Source: a virus. Taken from it: a stretch of DNA of 64,000 nucleotides. Each line of letters starts with the position of its first letter. Position 1 is the first letter of the stretch. The notes under the pieces are model-generated. The model did no database searches. It saw only the letters and a list, made by a program, of their open reading frames with translations, and was not told the origin of the DNA. The DNA lies in the UHGV virus genome UHGV-0039337. One strand, given 5' to 3'. Shown here in pieces: positions 29,546 to 41,500 of the stretch. The position numbers were made by a program, and so were the translations under genes.

Positions 29546-31843
29546 ATGGCTGATAAAATAAAATATATTGATTCTGTCCAATTACAATATTTACTTGGTA
29601 AATTAAGAGATAAAAATGTAGAGTTGTTTTTAGGAAAACATGCTGTAGCTGATGAAGCTGCAAAAGTTTCTAAAAATTTAACTTTAACTGTAGGAGATTC
29701 AGATATAGTATTTGATGGTTCTACAGCACAATCTGCTGCCGTAGCTGCTAAATCACATATTCACACTCATGCTGACATATCTGACTTTGCAGGCGCAGTT
29801 AAAAAAGCTGCTTTTGGTAGCGAAGATGCATCTATGACTGCTCATACTCATGATAACTTAACTGTATTAGATAAATTATCAGATGATAAATTAGCTGCAT
29901 GGGATGCTAAAATAAGTGTAGATGACATAGAAAAAATAAAATATACTAATGCTGGTGTTGGTGGAGCTACTAACGTTAAAAATGCATTAGATATATTAGT
30001 TAAAAATGTTCAAATAAACTTAGCTGCATTAGGAGATGCTACCGCTAATGTTAATGGATTAGCTAGTAGAATAACTGCTGCTGAAAAAGATATAGATGCA
30101 GTTGAAGGTAGAGCTACTGCTTTAGAAGCTGCTGTTGGAGATGACAAAACTGGTTTAGTTAAAGACGTCGCTGACTTAAAAACTGCTACTGGTGAAGGTG
30201 GAGCAGTCACAGCTGCTATAGCAGATGCTAAAAAAGCTGGTACTGATGCTGCTGCTGCAGTTGGTGTTGAAGAAGGTAGAGCTACAAAAGCTGAAACTGG
30301 ATTAAGTACAAGAATAAAAGCTATTGAAGATAATTATCTAAAAGAAGCTGATAAAACTGAATTAGCAGGTCAAATATCAGCTGAGCAAACTAGAGCTGAA
30401 GGCAAAGAAGCTGAAATTAAAAAAGTTGCAGATGCTAATGCTGCCGCTATAGAAAAATTAAATGGAGCAGATACAGTTGTAGGCTCTGTTGCTAATGCTG
30501 TTTTAGTAGAAAAAAATAGAGCTTTGGCTGCTGAACAAAAAGCTCAACAACAAGCTGATGCTAATAAAGATGCTATAGCTATATTAAACGGTGATGGAGA
30601 AGGCTCTGTAGATAAAAAAATAGCAGATAAAATAGCTGAAGTAAATACTTCTACAGGAAATCTTACAAATAGAGTTAAAGCTAACGAAACTGCTATAGGT
30701 AAAGCTACTGATGCTAAAGCTGCTGATGGTTCTTTATATGCAAGAATAGCTCAAAACGTAGCTGATATAGATGCTATAGAAGCTGACTATTTAAAAGCTG
30801 CTGATAAAACAGCTTTACAAAATGCTATAGATACTGAAAAAGGAAGAATGGATACTTTCTTGGCTGCTGCTGATTTAAAAGATGGTGCTGTAGATACATT
30901 AAAAGAAATACAAGAATATATAACTACTCATGGTGCAGCTGCTGATGAAATGGTTAAAAACATAGCTGCTAATAAAACAGCTATAGATGCTATAAATAAT
31001 ACTGAAACTGGTATATTAAAAACTGCTAAAGATTATGCAGATACTCAAGATGGAGCTTTACATACTACTATAACTGGTGAAATATCTACTGCTAAATCTG
31101 AAGCTATAGCTGATGCTGCAAGTAAAGATAAAGCTTTACATACTGCTATATCTAAAGAAATAGATGGCGACGTTAAAGTTGTTAGTGATGCATTAGCAGA
31201 AGAAGTTAAAACTGCAAGAGCTGCTGAAAAAGAAAATAAAGATGCTATAACTAAATTAAATGGAAATGCTGAAACTGAAGGATCTGTAGATTATAAAATA
31301 GCTCAATATAATAAAACTGCAGAAGGTGTTACTAGTGCGTTAACTAATAGAGTAACTGCTGCTGAAGGTGATATAGATACATTACAAGCTACAGTTAATA
31401 AATTAGACGGTACTGCTGATACAGAAGGATCAATTAAAAAACAAATAGCTGATGCTAGAGCTGATTTAGTTGCTGCAGATGCTCAAGTATTAAAAGATGC
31501 TAAACAATACGCTTCAGATGAAGATGCTAAAATAAATGCAGTAATAGGTGTTAAAGCCGTAGGAGAACAAGCTGCTACTGGATTATGTAAAGATATTGCA
31601 GATAACGCTGCTGCTATAGCTGCTGAGAAAAAAAGAGCAATGGCTGCTGAAGAAGCTAATAAAACTGCAATAGAGTCTAATGATACAGATATAACTGATC
31701 TTCAAAATAGAATGGATACTGCAGAAAGTGATATAACTACTCATAGTAACAATATAAAAGCTTTACAAGAATATGTAAACAATCATGTTACTGCTACTCA
31801 AGCAGATATAGATGCTATATTAACTGCTGTATATGGTGCATAA
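29546..31843 (+). CDS. alanine-rich alpha-helical coiled-coil fibre protein (~765 aa)
   Basis: ATG 29546 (track start TTG 29525). N-terminal HIHTHADISDF / AHTHDNLTVLDKLS fibre motifs, then ~650 aa of Ala/Asp/Lys/Glu heptad-like repeats (AIxKLNGxAxTEGSVDxKIA recurs). Local composition is visibly more GC-rich (GCT-codon dominated) than its neighbours. Confidence 0.55.
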   Translation: MADKIKYIDSVQLQYLLGKLRDKNVELFLGKHAVADEAAKVSKNLTLTVGDSDIVFDGSTAQSAAVAAKSHIHTHADISDFAGAVKKAAFGSEDASMTAHTHDNLTVLDKLSDDKLAAWDAKISVDDIEKIKYTNAGVGGATNVKNALDILVKNVQINLAALGDATANVNGLASRITAAEKDIDAVEGRATALEAAVGDDKTGLVKDVADLKTATGEGGAVTAAIADAKKAGTDAAAAVGVEEGRATKAETGLSTRIKAIEDNYLKEADKTELAGQISAEQTRAEGKEAEIKKVADANAAAIEKLNGADTVVGSVANAVLVEKNRALAAEQKAQQQADANKDAIAILNGDGEGSVDKKIADKIAEVNTSTGNLTNRVKANETAIGKATDAKAADGSLYARIAQNVADIDAIEADYLKAADKTALQNAIDTEKGRMDTFLAAADLKDGAVDTLKEIQEYITTHGAAADEMVKNIAANKTAIDAINNTETGILKTAKDYADTQDGALHTTITGEISTAKSEAIADAASKDKALHTAISKEIDGDVKVVSDALAEEVKTARAAEKENKDAITKLNGNAETEGSVDYKIAQYNKTAEGVTSALTNRVTAAEGDIDTLQATVNKLDGTADTEGSIKKQIADARADLVAADAQVLKDAKQYASDEDAKINAVIGVKAVGEQAATGLCKDIADNAAAIAAEKKRAMAAEEANKTAIESNDTDITDLQNRMDTAESDITTHSNNIKALQEYVNNHVTATQADIDAILTAVYGA

Positions 31844-31862
31844 TTAATTTAATATAATACAC

Positions 31863-31890
31863 GGCCTTCGGTTTGTACCGGAGGCTATAT
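31863..31890 (+). terminator. putative terminator (GC-rich hairpin with weak U-tract)
   Basis: GCCTTCGG / CCGGAGGC stem with one G-U pair, followed by TATATTATAT. Confidence 0.4.
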
Positions 31891-31907
31891 TATATGAGGT
31901 GATAATA

Positions 31908-32135
31908 ATGAGTAATAAAAAAGTTACTGGAGACGCCTTAAATAGAATTCTCAAAGCTAATAAAGAATATATAGATAACAGAGATTTGGGATTTGAAGAA
32001 ATTGACGTAGATCCAAATACAGGTTATATAATATCTAAAACATCGTCTCAATCTTATGGTGGATTATATTCTAATGATGTAACAACTAATTTAAATAGAA
32101 CACATAAAACGTCTAATGATACAGATACAAAATAA
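31908..32135 (+). CDS. small hypothetical protein (75 aa)
   Basis: ATG 31908 after GAGGTGATAA (track GTG 31899). Confidence 0.35.
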   Translation: MSNKKVTGDALNRILKANKEYIDNRDLGFEEIDVDPNTGYIISKTSSQSYGGLYSNDVTTNLNRTHKTSNDTDTK

Positions 32136-32165
32136 TGGGTCAATAAATTATTGACCCATTTATTG
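32135..32165 (+). terminator. rho-independent terminator / perfect palindrome
   Basis: ATGGGTCAATAA-A-TTATTGACCCAT is a perfect 12-bp-arm palindrome followed by TTATTG. Confidence 0.6.
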
Positions 32166-32194
32166 TGTAATAATATTTTGAAGGTGGTGAGCTA

Positions 32195-32932
32195 ATGTTA
32201 CAAGGTATGAGAACAGGCTTTTTACTTTATCCAAATAGTGCAGATAGAATCTTGCCTATTACACATATTAATTTGGTATTGGATAATGATGGTAAATCTA
32301 TACAAAACAAATTTAATCATTGGAATGAAGTAATAGCTAATTTAGAGACTAGCATGAGCGATGGTAGAGTATTGAGCGTTGATACTCATGATCAATTATT
32401 GGCTTTAAAAATAGATAAATTAAAAAACGGTGCTATATGTTATGTAGGCGACGAAGACACATATTATAGTTTCACCTCTACTGGTGGTTGGAAAATACTT
32501 ACAACTGGAAGTACTGGTGAAGAAGATATATATTCTCATATTTGGGTAGGTCCAGATCCTCCAGAAGATGACACTATGTTTTGGTATGATACTAGTTCTG
32601 ATGGAATTGTAGATGAAGACGATGAAAAAGATTTAATGATTATAAATAATCTATTAAATAAAATGGTGGAAATGCAAAATACTATAATCTTATTAGAAAA
32701 AAGAGTTAAATACTTAGAGGATCACGGAGTAGTTAGTCCAGATAATCCACCAGTTGAAACTGAAAACAATATATTACTATTAGAAGATGGCTATACATTA
32801 TTACTAGAAGATGGCACAGAGCTTTTATTAGAAGTACAAAGTATACCTCAACCGGAAAATATAAAAACTTTATTATTTGAAGATGGTACTGAATTATTAT
32901 TAGAAAACGGTACTAATCTATTGTTAGAATAG
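32195..32932 (+). CDS. short fibre protein with C-terminal tandem peptide repeats
   Basis: GAAGGTGGTGA SD. ICYVGDEDTYYSF anchor-like motif and WVGPDPPEDDTMFWYD. C-terminus has five tandem copies of an 11-12-aa unit (LLLEDGYT / LLLEDGTE / LLFEDGTE / LLLENGTN / LLLE). Confidence 0.45.
   Translation: MLQGMRTGFLLYPNSADRILPITHINLVLDNDGKSIQNKFNHWNEVIANLETSMSDGRVLSVDTHDQLLALKIDKLKNGAICYVGDEDTYYSFTSTGGWKILTTGSTGEEDIYSHIWVGPDPPEDDTMFWYDTSSDGIVDEDDEKDLMIINNLLNKMVEMQNTIILLEKRVKYLEDHGVVSPDNPPVETENNILLLEDGYTLLLEDGTELLLEVQSIPQPENIKTLLFEDGTELLLENGTNLLLE
32771..32929 (+). repeat. tandem ~36-nt coding repeats (x4-5) at the 3' end of the 32195 gene
   Basis: Repeated ttattagaagatggNacNgaattattattagaa units visible in the nucleotide sequence. 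Confidence 0.6.
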
Positions 32933-32947
32933 GGAAGGAGAGACAAA

Positions 32948-35569
32948 ATGGCAGGCAAGAAAATAAGTGATTTAACTGAAGTACTTACAGTTGATACTGA
33001 AAATGATTACGTCGTTATAGCAAGAAGTGGCGACAATAAAAAATTAAAAGTAGCCAATATGATGGGTTCTACTAATGTTGGCGAAAATTACGTTGATTTA
33101 TTAGGAGAAGACGGTACTACAGAATATAGATTAATAATAGATCAAAATGGAAAGGCTCAAGTATTTCCTAAAGAATGCGTAACAGGACATAAATATGAAC
33201 CAGGAGACAATTTAAAAAAACCTTTAAAATCTGATAAAGTAGTAGTAGGAGCTGTAGGAGCAAAATCTGGAGACGGAGAAAAGAATGCTTCAGTAGTTGA
33301 TGTTCATGGTATAGTTATTAATCAAGCATTCGGTGGAGATGGATATTCTGCTACAGATATGAAACAAGGTACTGCATGTAGTCATAGTTTTGTTGAATTA
33401 TATAATTGTTCAAATAATCTAAATGTAAACTTATGTGGACTTTATTTACACTATAGAGGCTTCGGCTCTACAGGTACTTTAGATGCTACTTGGAAGACAT
33501 TGCCTTTAAGAGGGTTAGTGCCTCCTCGTACTTCATTTTTAATAAGAGGTAAACAACATGCGCCATTCTATAGTGATATGGTTAACTGTAAATTATATGA
33601 TTATGATCAAGAATGGATAGATGAAGCAACCAATGAACCATTAGCTTTTTCTAGTAAAGGATTCGCTTTTTATTTAAGTACTAATTCAGAACCTCCAACT
33701 ATCAATCCTGAAGCAGTTACTGTAATTAAAAATGATGCAGGTGTTGTTACTAGCACTACATATGATCAATACTATGTAGACTTATTAGGATGCGGAGGAG
33801 CTGGTGTAGATACTGCGCCACCTGCATATAATAAATTCTTTTGGAATTGTTTAAATAAAGATACAGGTGTTAGACGTATTAACTTTAGAAATAATAAAAA
33901 TAATAAATATGATACAGAACCTATAAATTATAGAACATGTGAAAAATTAGAAGATATCAAACCTAGAAGCTTACGTGATGGTTTATGGGAACAAATAGAA
34001 GATAAAATAAAGCCTAATCTTAATGCACCTAATTTAATAAATATAACTTTCGGTAAAGTTGCAACTACTAGATATTTTACTTGGCAATCAATAGTGACTA
34101 ATAGTGGATACATAAAATATAGAAAAATAAAAAATGAATCTAATGCAGTTGAAATAGGTGCATGGAAACAAGTAGAAAGTGAACGTGAAATAGTCAATAA
34201 TCATAATATTTTTATGACAATACATAGAGTTAAATTAACAGATTTAGAGCCAGGTTTATATGAATACAAATGCGGAGAAGAAGGATATTGGTCAGACATA
34301 GAACAAATGGAAATAAGAAAATATGATGATAATTCTACAATAAAAATATTATGGACTACAGATCAACAAGGTTATACAGAACAAGAATATAAAGCTTGGG
34401 ATAGTTGTGTTAAAGCGATAAGAGAACAAGATGGCGTGTATAATGATAAAGGATTACCTGTATTCGATTTTCATTTAAATACAGGAGATATATCACAAAA
34501 TGCAAGCAATTTATATGAATGGCTATATTATAGTAAATATGCAGGAGAATTCTGTAAAAACATACCTCATATGATAACTTGCGGTAATAATGATTTAGTT
34601 GAAAAGAACTATGGATTTGCATTTGAACATTATTCAACTTATGAAGATGTCCCTATGCTTAACAGTATAGCCGGTACTACTGTTTCTACTGTAGATTGTC
34701 CTATGGTATCAACTTATTCATTTGATATAGGAAATGTTCATTTTGTATCATTAAATTCAAATCAAGAATTAATGTATAATGATTATGGAATAAATGCTAC
34801 TATATTTTTAGACAAACAAGCTCGTTTTTTAGATAAAGATTTATGGGAAGTATGTCAAAGACAAACTAAACCTAAATGGATAATAGTGCTTGCTCATCTT
34901 TCTCCATTTACAGTTACTAGAGCTAAAAGATTACAGCATTGGATAGCTGTAGTAGAACATTATGAAATAGATTTATTTTTATGTGGTCATAATCATACTT
35001 ATTCAAGATCTATTCCAATTAAATGCGGATATGAAAAAACAAAATATGAAGATGCAATAAGTGAAAAAAATTATAATACATATGTAACTAAAGCTGCTAC
35101 ATATACTGAAGTAGCTGAAACTAAAAAAGATAACCAAACTGAAATAGACAGAACTGCTAATCCTACTCATGGTACTTATTATGTAATGTTCCAAGCGGGT
35201 GGTGCTAAACAAAGTGGTAAAGAAAAAGCTATAGATATAACACTGCCAGCATTTACTGGATTAGATTCTAAACATAAAAGTATTAACGCTCCTAATAGAC
35301 CATGGTGGTATGATTATAATGGAGCTTTACCTGTTCAACCATGTTATTCTACTATAGACATAACAAAAGATGCCATAACTATGAAAATGAATTATGTTAA
35401 AGATGTAGAATCAATAGCAAAAGATACTGGAATTATTTCAATAAGTAATTATAATTCAGCTAAAAATACAGTAGTTAATTTTGATAATTTAACTATTAAT
35501 CATGCTGATAGACAACCTGCTTATAGAACAGGTGGAGTTACTGCTCCTTATTATGATGAAAATAAATAA
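32948..35569 (+). CDS. virion-associated lamin-tail-domain (LTD) plus calcineurin-like metallophosphoesterase protein (873 aa)
   Basis: GGGAAGGAGA SD. SHSFVELYNCSNNLNVNLCGLYLHYRG..FLIRG matches the LTD signature (fvELyN....vdLsGw.L). Downstream are metallophosphatase motifs in canonical order: ILWTTDQQG, GDISQN, CGNND, and GHNHTYSR (the GHxH motif). Confidence 0.6.
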   Translation: MAGKKISDLTEVLTVDTENDYVVIARSGDNKKLKVANMMGSTNVGENYVDLLGEDGTTEYRLIIDQNGKAQVFPKECVTGHKYEPGDNLKKPLKSDKVVVGAVGAKSGDGEKNASVVDVHGIVINQAFGGDGYSATDMKQGTACSHSFVELYNCSNNLNVNLCGLYLHYRGFGSTGTLDATWKTLPLRGLVPPRTSFLIRGKQHAPFYSDMVNCKLYDYDQEWIDEATNEPLAFSSKGFAFYLSTNSEPPTINPEAVTVIKNDAGVVTSTTYDQYYVDLLGCGGAGVDTAPPAYNKFFWNCLNKDTGVRRINFRNNKNNKYDTEPINYRTCEKLEDIKPRSLRDGLWEQIEDKIKPNLNAPNLINITFGKVATTRYFTWQSIVTNSGYIKYRKIKNESNAVEIGAWKQVESEREIVNNHNIFMTIHRVKLTDLEPGLYEYKCGEEGYWSDIEQMEIRKYDDNSTIKILWTTDQQGYTEQEYKAWDSCVKAIREQDGVYNDKGLPVFDFHLNTGDISQNASNLYEWLYYSKYAGEFCKNIPHMITCGNNDLVEKNYGFAFEHYSTYEDVPMLNSIAGTTVSTVDCPMVSTYSFDIGNVHFVSLNSNQELMYNDYGINATIFLDKQARFLDKDLWEVCQRQTKPKWIIVLAHLSPFTVTRAKRLQHWIAVVEHYEIDLFLCGHNHTYSRSIPIKCGYEKTKYEDAISEKNYNTYVTKAATYTEVAETKKDNQTEIDRTANPTHGTYYVMFQAGGAKQSGKEKAIDITLPAFTGLDSKHKSINAPNRPWWYDYNGALPVQPCYSTIDITKDAITMKMNYVKDVESIAKDTGIISISNYNSAKNTVVNFDNLTINHADRQPAYRTGGVTAPYYDENK

Positions 35570-35590
35570 TATTAATTAGGAGTTGATTAA

Positions 35591-38500
35591 ATGCCAATTA
35601 AGAAAAAAATAAATGGTAGATGGGTCAATGTTACTGGTTCATCTACCAGTACTAATAATACTAAAGCAATCAATATTGGTATCACAGATTCATTAGGATT
35701 TTATGATACTGACAATGTGGAAGGCGCATTAGCAGAAATAGGTAATGATTTAAAAAATACTAATGCTAATATAGAAAAGGTAGCAGCAGAGCTCAAAGAC
35801 CATAAACAAAATCATCCAGGTGGAAGTGGCAGTAGTGGAGGAGCTACCTTACCTACAATAACTTCTGATTTTAAAACAACAACTTCAGATGGCAAATCGA
35901 ATATAGAAATTCCTATATTTTTTACTTCTCCTTCTTTAGGTGATGGTACTGCATATATTCTTGTTAAGAATGTAGAAATAGCTACACAACAAATACAACA
36001 AGGAAATAACACTATTATTGTGCCACCTATTGGAGCTGGTAAAAATATAAATATATCATTATATGTTAAAGATAGAGCAGGACTTATTTCTAATCAATTA
36101 ACGTGGTTAATTACTGCTGGCGGTATTGAGATGACAATAATTACTGATACAAAGGCAGATTACGATATAAATAACAGAATAGTTATATCTTATACTATAA
36201 GCTGTATTTCTAACGAAGATATATATGCTCACTTTGAAATAGATGGAAAAGATAATCAAGTTAAATCTATTAACGGATACAATAGCTATCAGTTAACTGG
36301 ATTAACTGTAGGTGTTCATAAGATTTCCTACTGGGCAGAATCTGGTGATTATAAAACCACTAGTAAATCTTTTAACTTAATAATTGTAAATGAAGATACA
36401 TTAATAGTATCTACTGAATTTGATTCAGATAAAGAATATGAAAGCGGTATACCTATTAGCATACCTTACAGAGTTTCTATAACTAAAGACGAAGACTTTA
36501 CTGTTAAAATGTATATAGACGGTAATTTAGATAAAACTATAGTTACTAGACCTACAAGTTTATATTGGTCTATAACTTCATTAGATATTGGCAATCATAC
36601 ATTGAAAATAGAAGCTATTAATGATTCGTTAAATCTTAGCAACTCTATAGAATTTGCATGTCATGTTATTGAAGGTGAATATACTAGAGTGCAGCCTGTA
36701 ATGGATGCTTCTTTACTGTGCTGGTTTGATGCCACAGACAAAACTAATAATGATAGCGATAGAGATGTATGGACAGATAAAATATTAGGTAATAAGGGTT
36801 ATTTACATAATTTTAACTATGGTTCTAACGGATGGATAACAAACGATTCTACTCATACTTCTGAACTAGTAATGGATGGTACATGTTATGTTGAAATAGA
36901 CATGACACCTTTTAAAGATAATTTTAAAAACGGTGGTACTATAGAATTGGTATTTAAAGTTAGAGATGTTGGAAATGTTGATGCAAGAGTTTTAGATATA
37001 ACAGATACAATTTCTCCTTATAAAGGCATTTATATAGACACACGTGATGCATATTTAGCAACTGAAGCAAGAACGACAACTGCCTCTATAGGTGAAGATG
37101 AGTATATACATGTTATGTATGAAATAGATAGAACTAATAAATATGCACATGTAATAGTAAATGGAGTAATTACTGGTTCATGTAAACTTAGTGATAGTGG
37201 TATAGGTACATCTGCTGTATTAGAATCTATAGCGCATACTCAAAAGATTTATCTTAATAGTCAAAAAGGCACAGATTTATTTGGTTCATGTGAAATTAAA
37301 CATTTTAGAATATATGATAGAGCATTAAGTTTTGATGAAATACTACAAAACTATTTATCTACTATTGAAGACATAAAAGTTCAAAAATCTAAAGTTGATT
37401 TTAATGATCCACTTAAGAATATAATGCCAATAATGAATATAACATGCGATCCTGAACTATTTTCTATAATGACAGATGTTAATCAAATAGAAGTTGCTAT
37501 GACTTATACATCTCCTAATGCAGATTTGTATGGACAAACATTGACAACAGCTACTAAGTGTTTAATGTATTGGCAAGGTACGTCTTCAAAAGGTTATAAT
37601 ATACATAACTATAATTTATATCTAAGAGATGACAATAGACAACCTATAGCTTATAGTCCATATCCTAATTGTATTCCTCAATCATTATTTTGCTTAAAAG
37701 CAAATTTAATGGAATCTACAAATGCTCATAACGTAGGTCTTGCAGGCTATGTTAGAAAATATTTATATACTCATAATAATCCGGCGCAAGATGCAGATCC
37801 ACGTGCATCTAGAGTTATTCAGGGATTTCCTTTCTTGTTATATATAAATGGTGAATTAGCTGGCGTATATGATTTTAATTTAGATAGATATTCGTACACA
37901 GCATTTGGCTATGATTTACCAGCTCATAAAAATAAATGCAAAGTATATGAAATATCTGCCAATACAAACAAAACTGCAGGAGCATTTATACCATGGAGTG
38001 CAGATACAGGAGTAGATGAATGGACATGGTATAAAAATGACTTTGGTGGTATATATCCAGAATCTATACAAAACTCTGTTAATGATGATTTTACTGAATT
38101 GAAAAACTTAATTAAGTTTGTACATGATTCAAATGATGAAAAATTTGTTACTGATTTTGAAACATATTTTGATAAAGAATCAGTTATCAGATATTACTTA
38201 TTTGTAATGGTTTTAGGCCTTGTTGACTCATTAGGTAAGAATGCTAAACTTGTTACTTATGATGGTGTCAAATGGTATTTTGAGTTTTATGATATGGATA
38301 CAGCCATGGGTCTAGATAATACTGGTGCAGTTAAATTTGATGTTGATATAGAAATGAGTATGGGCAAATTCAATACTGCAGAATCTACACTATGGGTAAG
38401 ATTAGATAGATTATTTCATGACGATATAGTTAATGAATATAACATGATGAGAAATCAAAACTTAACAGCTGAAAAAATATATGAGTGTATATTCACTGAC

Positions 38501-41500
38501 CAAATAGATAAAATACCTGAAAGTCAATATAATCTTAGTACTCAAAAGAAATATCTTGACACAGGTGAATATATTATGATGTCTAATGGTAACAGATATT
38601 ATGGACTTAAACGTTGGATAAAAGACAGAATTTTATATTGCGATACTTTATTTAATTACACGCCTTCTATTTCAGATTTTATTACAATACGTTCAGGTAT
38701 AACTGGAGAAGCTTATATTGATATCGAAACTTATTCTCCTATGTATTTGACTGTTAGATGGCGTAATGTAATTGACGGAACAGCTGACCAAAAACTTAAG
38801 ATAGGAAGAAATCAAAAAGTTAGATTCCAAGCTGAAGGTTTAAATATACCTTCAAACAAAGACCAAGAAATTATAATTTATGGAGCTAAACATATAAAAA
38901 GCTTTGGTCAATTAGACGGATTAATTCCTATGTATTTATATTTAAATAACGCTACAAAATTAACTAATGTAGAATGCCCGAATGATTCAGAATTATTAGT
39001 TGCTGAAATAGCTAATTGTAGTTATCTACAAAAGGTAGATTTTAGTGGCTGTAGTAGTTTAGGTACATTAGAAAAATATCAAGTTCTCGATGTTAGCGGA
39101 TGTAATAACTTAAGATATTTAAATGCATATGGTACGGTGTTAACGTCTATCAGCACTAATCAATCTGGTGGAAACTTAGTTGAAATGTATGTGCCTAAGA
39201 CATTACAAACATTATCATTGCAAAATCAATATAGTTTAAAAGTTATTGGTATACCTGGTGCGAGTACTTTAGAAAGCACTAAGCTATATGATTTAAAACA
39301 AAACGCTAGTAATATATCAAGCTTTACTCTTATCAATTGTCCTTTAGTTGAAAGATTAACTTATGCTTCAGATTTTACAGTAAACAGTAATTTCTTTGAT
39401 AATTTTACAAATGAACGTAGATCAGCAGAACTTAATTATTTAACTTATACTAAAAATGAGTGGAAACGTTTAATGTATTGGGGAAATGGTTTAGCTAACT
39501 GTTATAATATCAACATAGAAAACAGTTGTCATAATATACCTAGTATGAGCTTTAGAGGTATAAGTAATTTACAGAGTTTGAAACTTAGAGCAATGCCTGG
39601 ATTAAAAACTCTAATGCTTGGAGCTAACTGTTGTGGATACAGATATAATAATGATCCTACTTATGAATCTAATAAATATGATACAGTTGGAGAATTTGAT
39701 TGGGATACATTAAGTATAATAGATTGTCCTAATATAGAAGAATTTAGAATACATGAAATGTATCCATATAATTGGAATGAAGGTTCTAGTGGTAACTTAA
39801 CATATTTTACCTTTAAACCTGGAACAGAATCTATTAACTTAGCTGCTAAATTTCCTAACTTAAAAATATTTGAGTGTAATTGTGCTACACAAAATATACA
39901 TCAAATAATACTTCCTCAATCATTAAAAACTATTATGACTTGTGCATGGAATAATAGACATGATGAGGGTTTTCCTAATGAAGTTAAGATAGAACAATTT
40001 AATATAGATAGTATCTATTTTGAAGGAGAGCATGAAGAAAGCTATACTGGTATAGATTTAGGAAACCACGCGTTACAAAATGTATGTATAATTGCTCCTT
40101 ATGCTTCAGAGTTAATAGGAGTTAATATCACAAATACACATGTAAATCCTATATTTAATGATTTAAAAGAAGCAGATAATGAAAATAGACCATTTGTTAC
40201 TCCTAACGGTAGGATAGATGTATCTAAATTTAAATGGAAAAATATATCTGACTGGTTTGCGTATATAGATTTTACTAAGGGAAAATGTGAAGTTATAACT
40301 CCAACTAACTGGAAAACATTCTTGGTAGGTATACAAAAGGCTAGTAGAATGTTTTATCATTGTACAAATCCTGATTTTACTTGGGAATTTGCTATGGAAT
40401 TCTTTTCTAAGATAAATACCTATTCTGATTTAAGTTATATGTATCAATATGCACAATTAGCAGATCAAGCTGATTTTGATACTGCTGCTGTAGTAATGGA
40501 AAACAAATATAATATAGGCGGATATAACTATAATATAAAACCTTTTCTAGGAACTAATCTTAAATTCGTTAAATCATTTACTTTAACAGCATGTGATGGT
40601 GCATATGCTACATTTAGTGGATGCAGCAGTTTAATTAAAGTAGGAGATTGTAAATTTACAGGATCTAGATCTAGTACATGGGGAATAAGTTATTTATTTA
40701 ATAACTGTATTGCATTAGAAGAAGTAGGAAATATAACTTCTTATGCTAATAAAAATAGTAGTTCTACTATACCAATGGATAATACATTTGAAGGTTGTAA
40801 TAAGTTAAAGAAAATAGGCACATTAGATATATCAGTTAGCAGTATGAACTGTGCTTACTATGATTGTTCTGTATTGGAAGACAATGGATTAAGTTTACCT
40901 TATATGGGAAATTGTGTAGATGTAAGAAATGCATTCTTTGGATGTTATACTTTAACTGCTATTAATTTTGAAACACTTGAAAAGGTTATATATGCTGATG
41001 CATTCTTGCGTAATTGCTATGGATTGTTATCAATACATTTACCAAGCATCAATCGTGATCATCCATTACAAGAATTCTCTAGTGCATTTTCTGGATGTAC
41101 TGCATTAAAGACTATAACTATAGAAGGAGACACATTACCTATAGGATTAAGAAATATGAGCTATGCTTATTCTAATTGTCCATCATTAACTAACGTAATA
41201 CCAGTTCCTTCAGATTTTGTAAATGATGTAGACATGAGTGGATGTTGTAGTCGTTGTAGTTCATTAACAGATGATGCTATATATAAAGAAATACCATTTA
41301 GAGTTGTTAATACCAATTATATGTATGAACGTTGCAATAGTTTAATTTCTCCAACAGTTAATTTATTATGTGACAATGTAACTTCAAAACAAATGTTTAG
41401 ATATTGTGAAAATATGACTAGTTTAACAGTCAATTATAATGGACGTTTATTGCGTGATACTACTTTCTTTGCAGAATATTGCAACAGATTACAAACCGTT

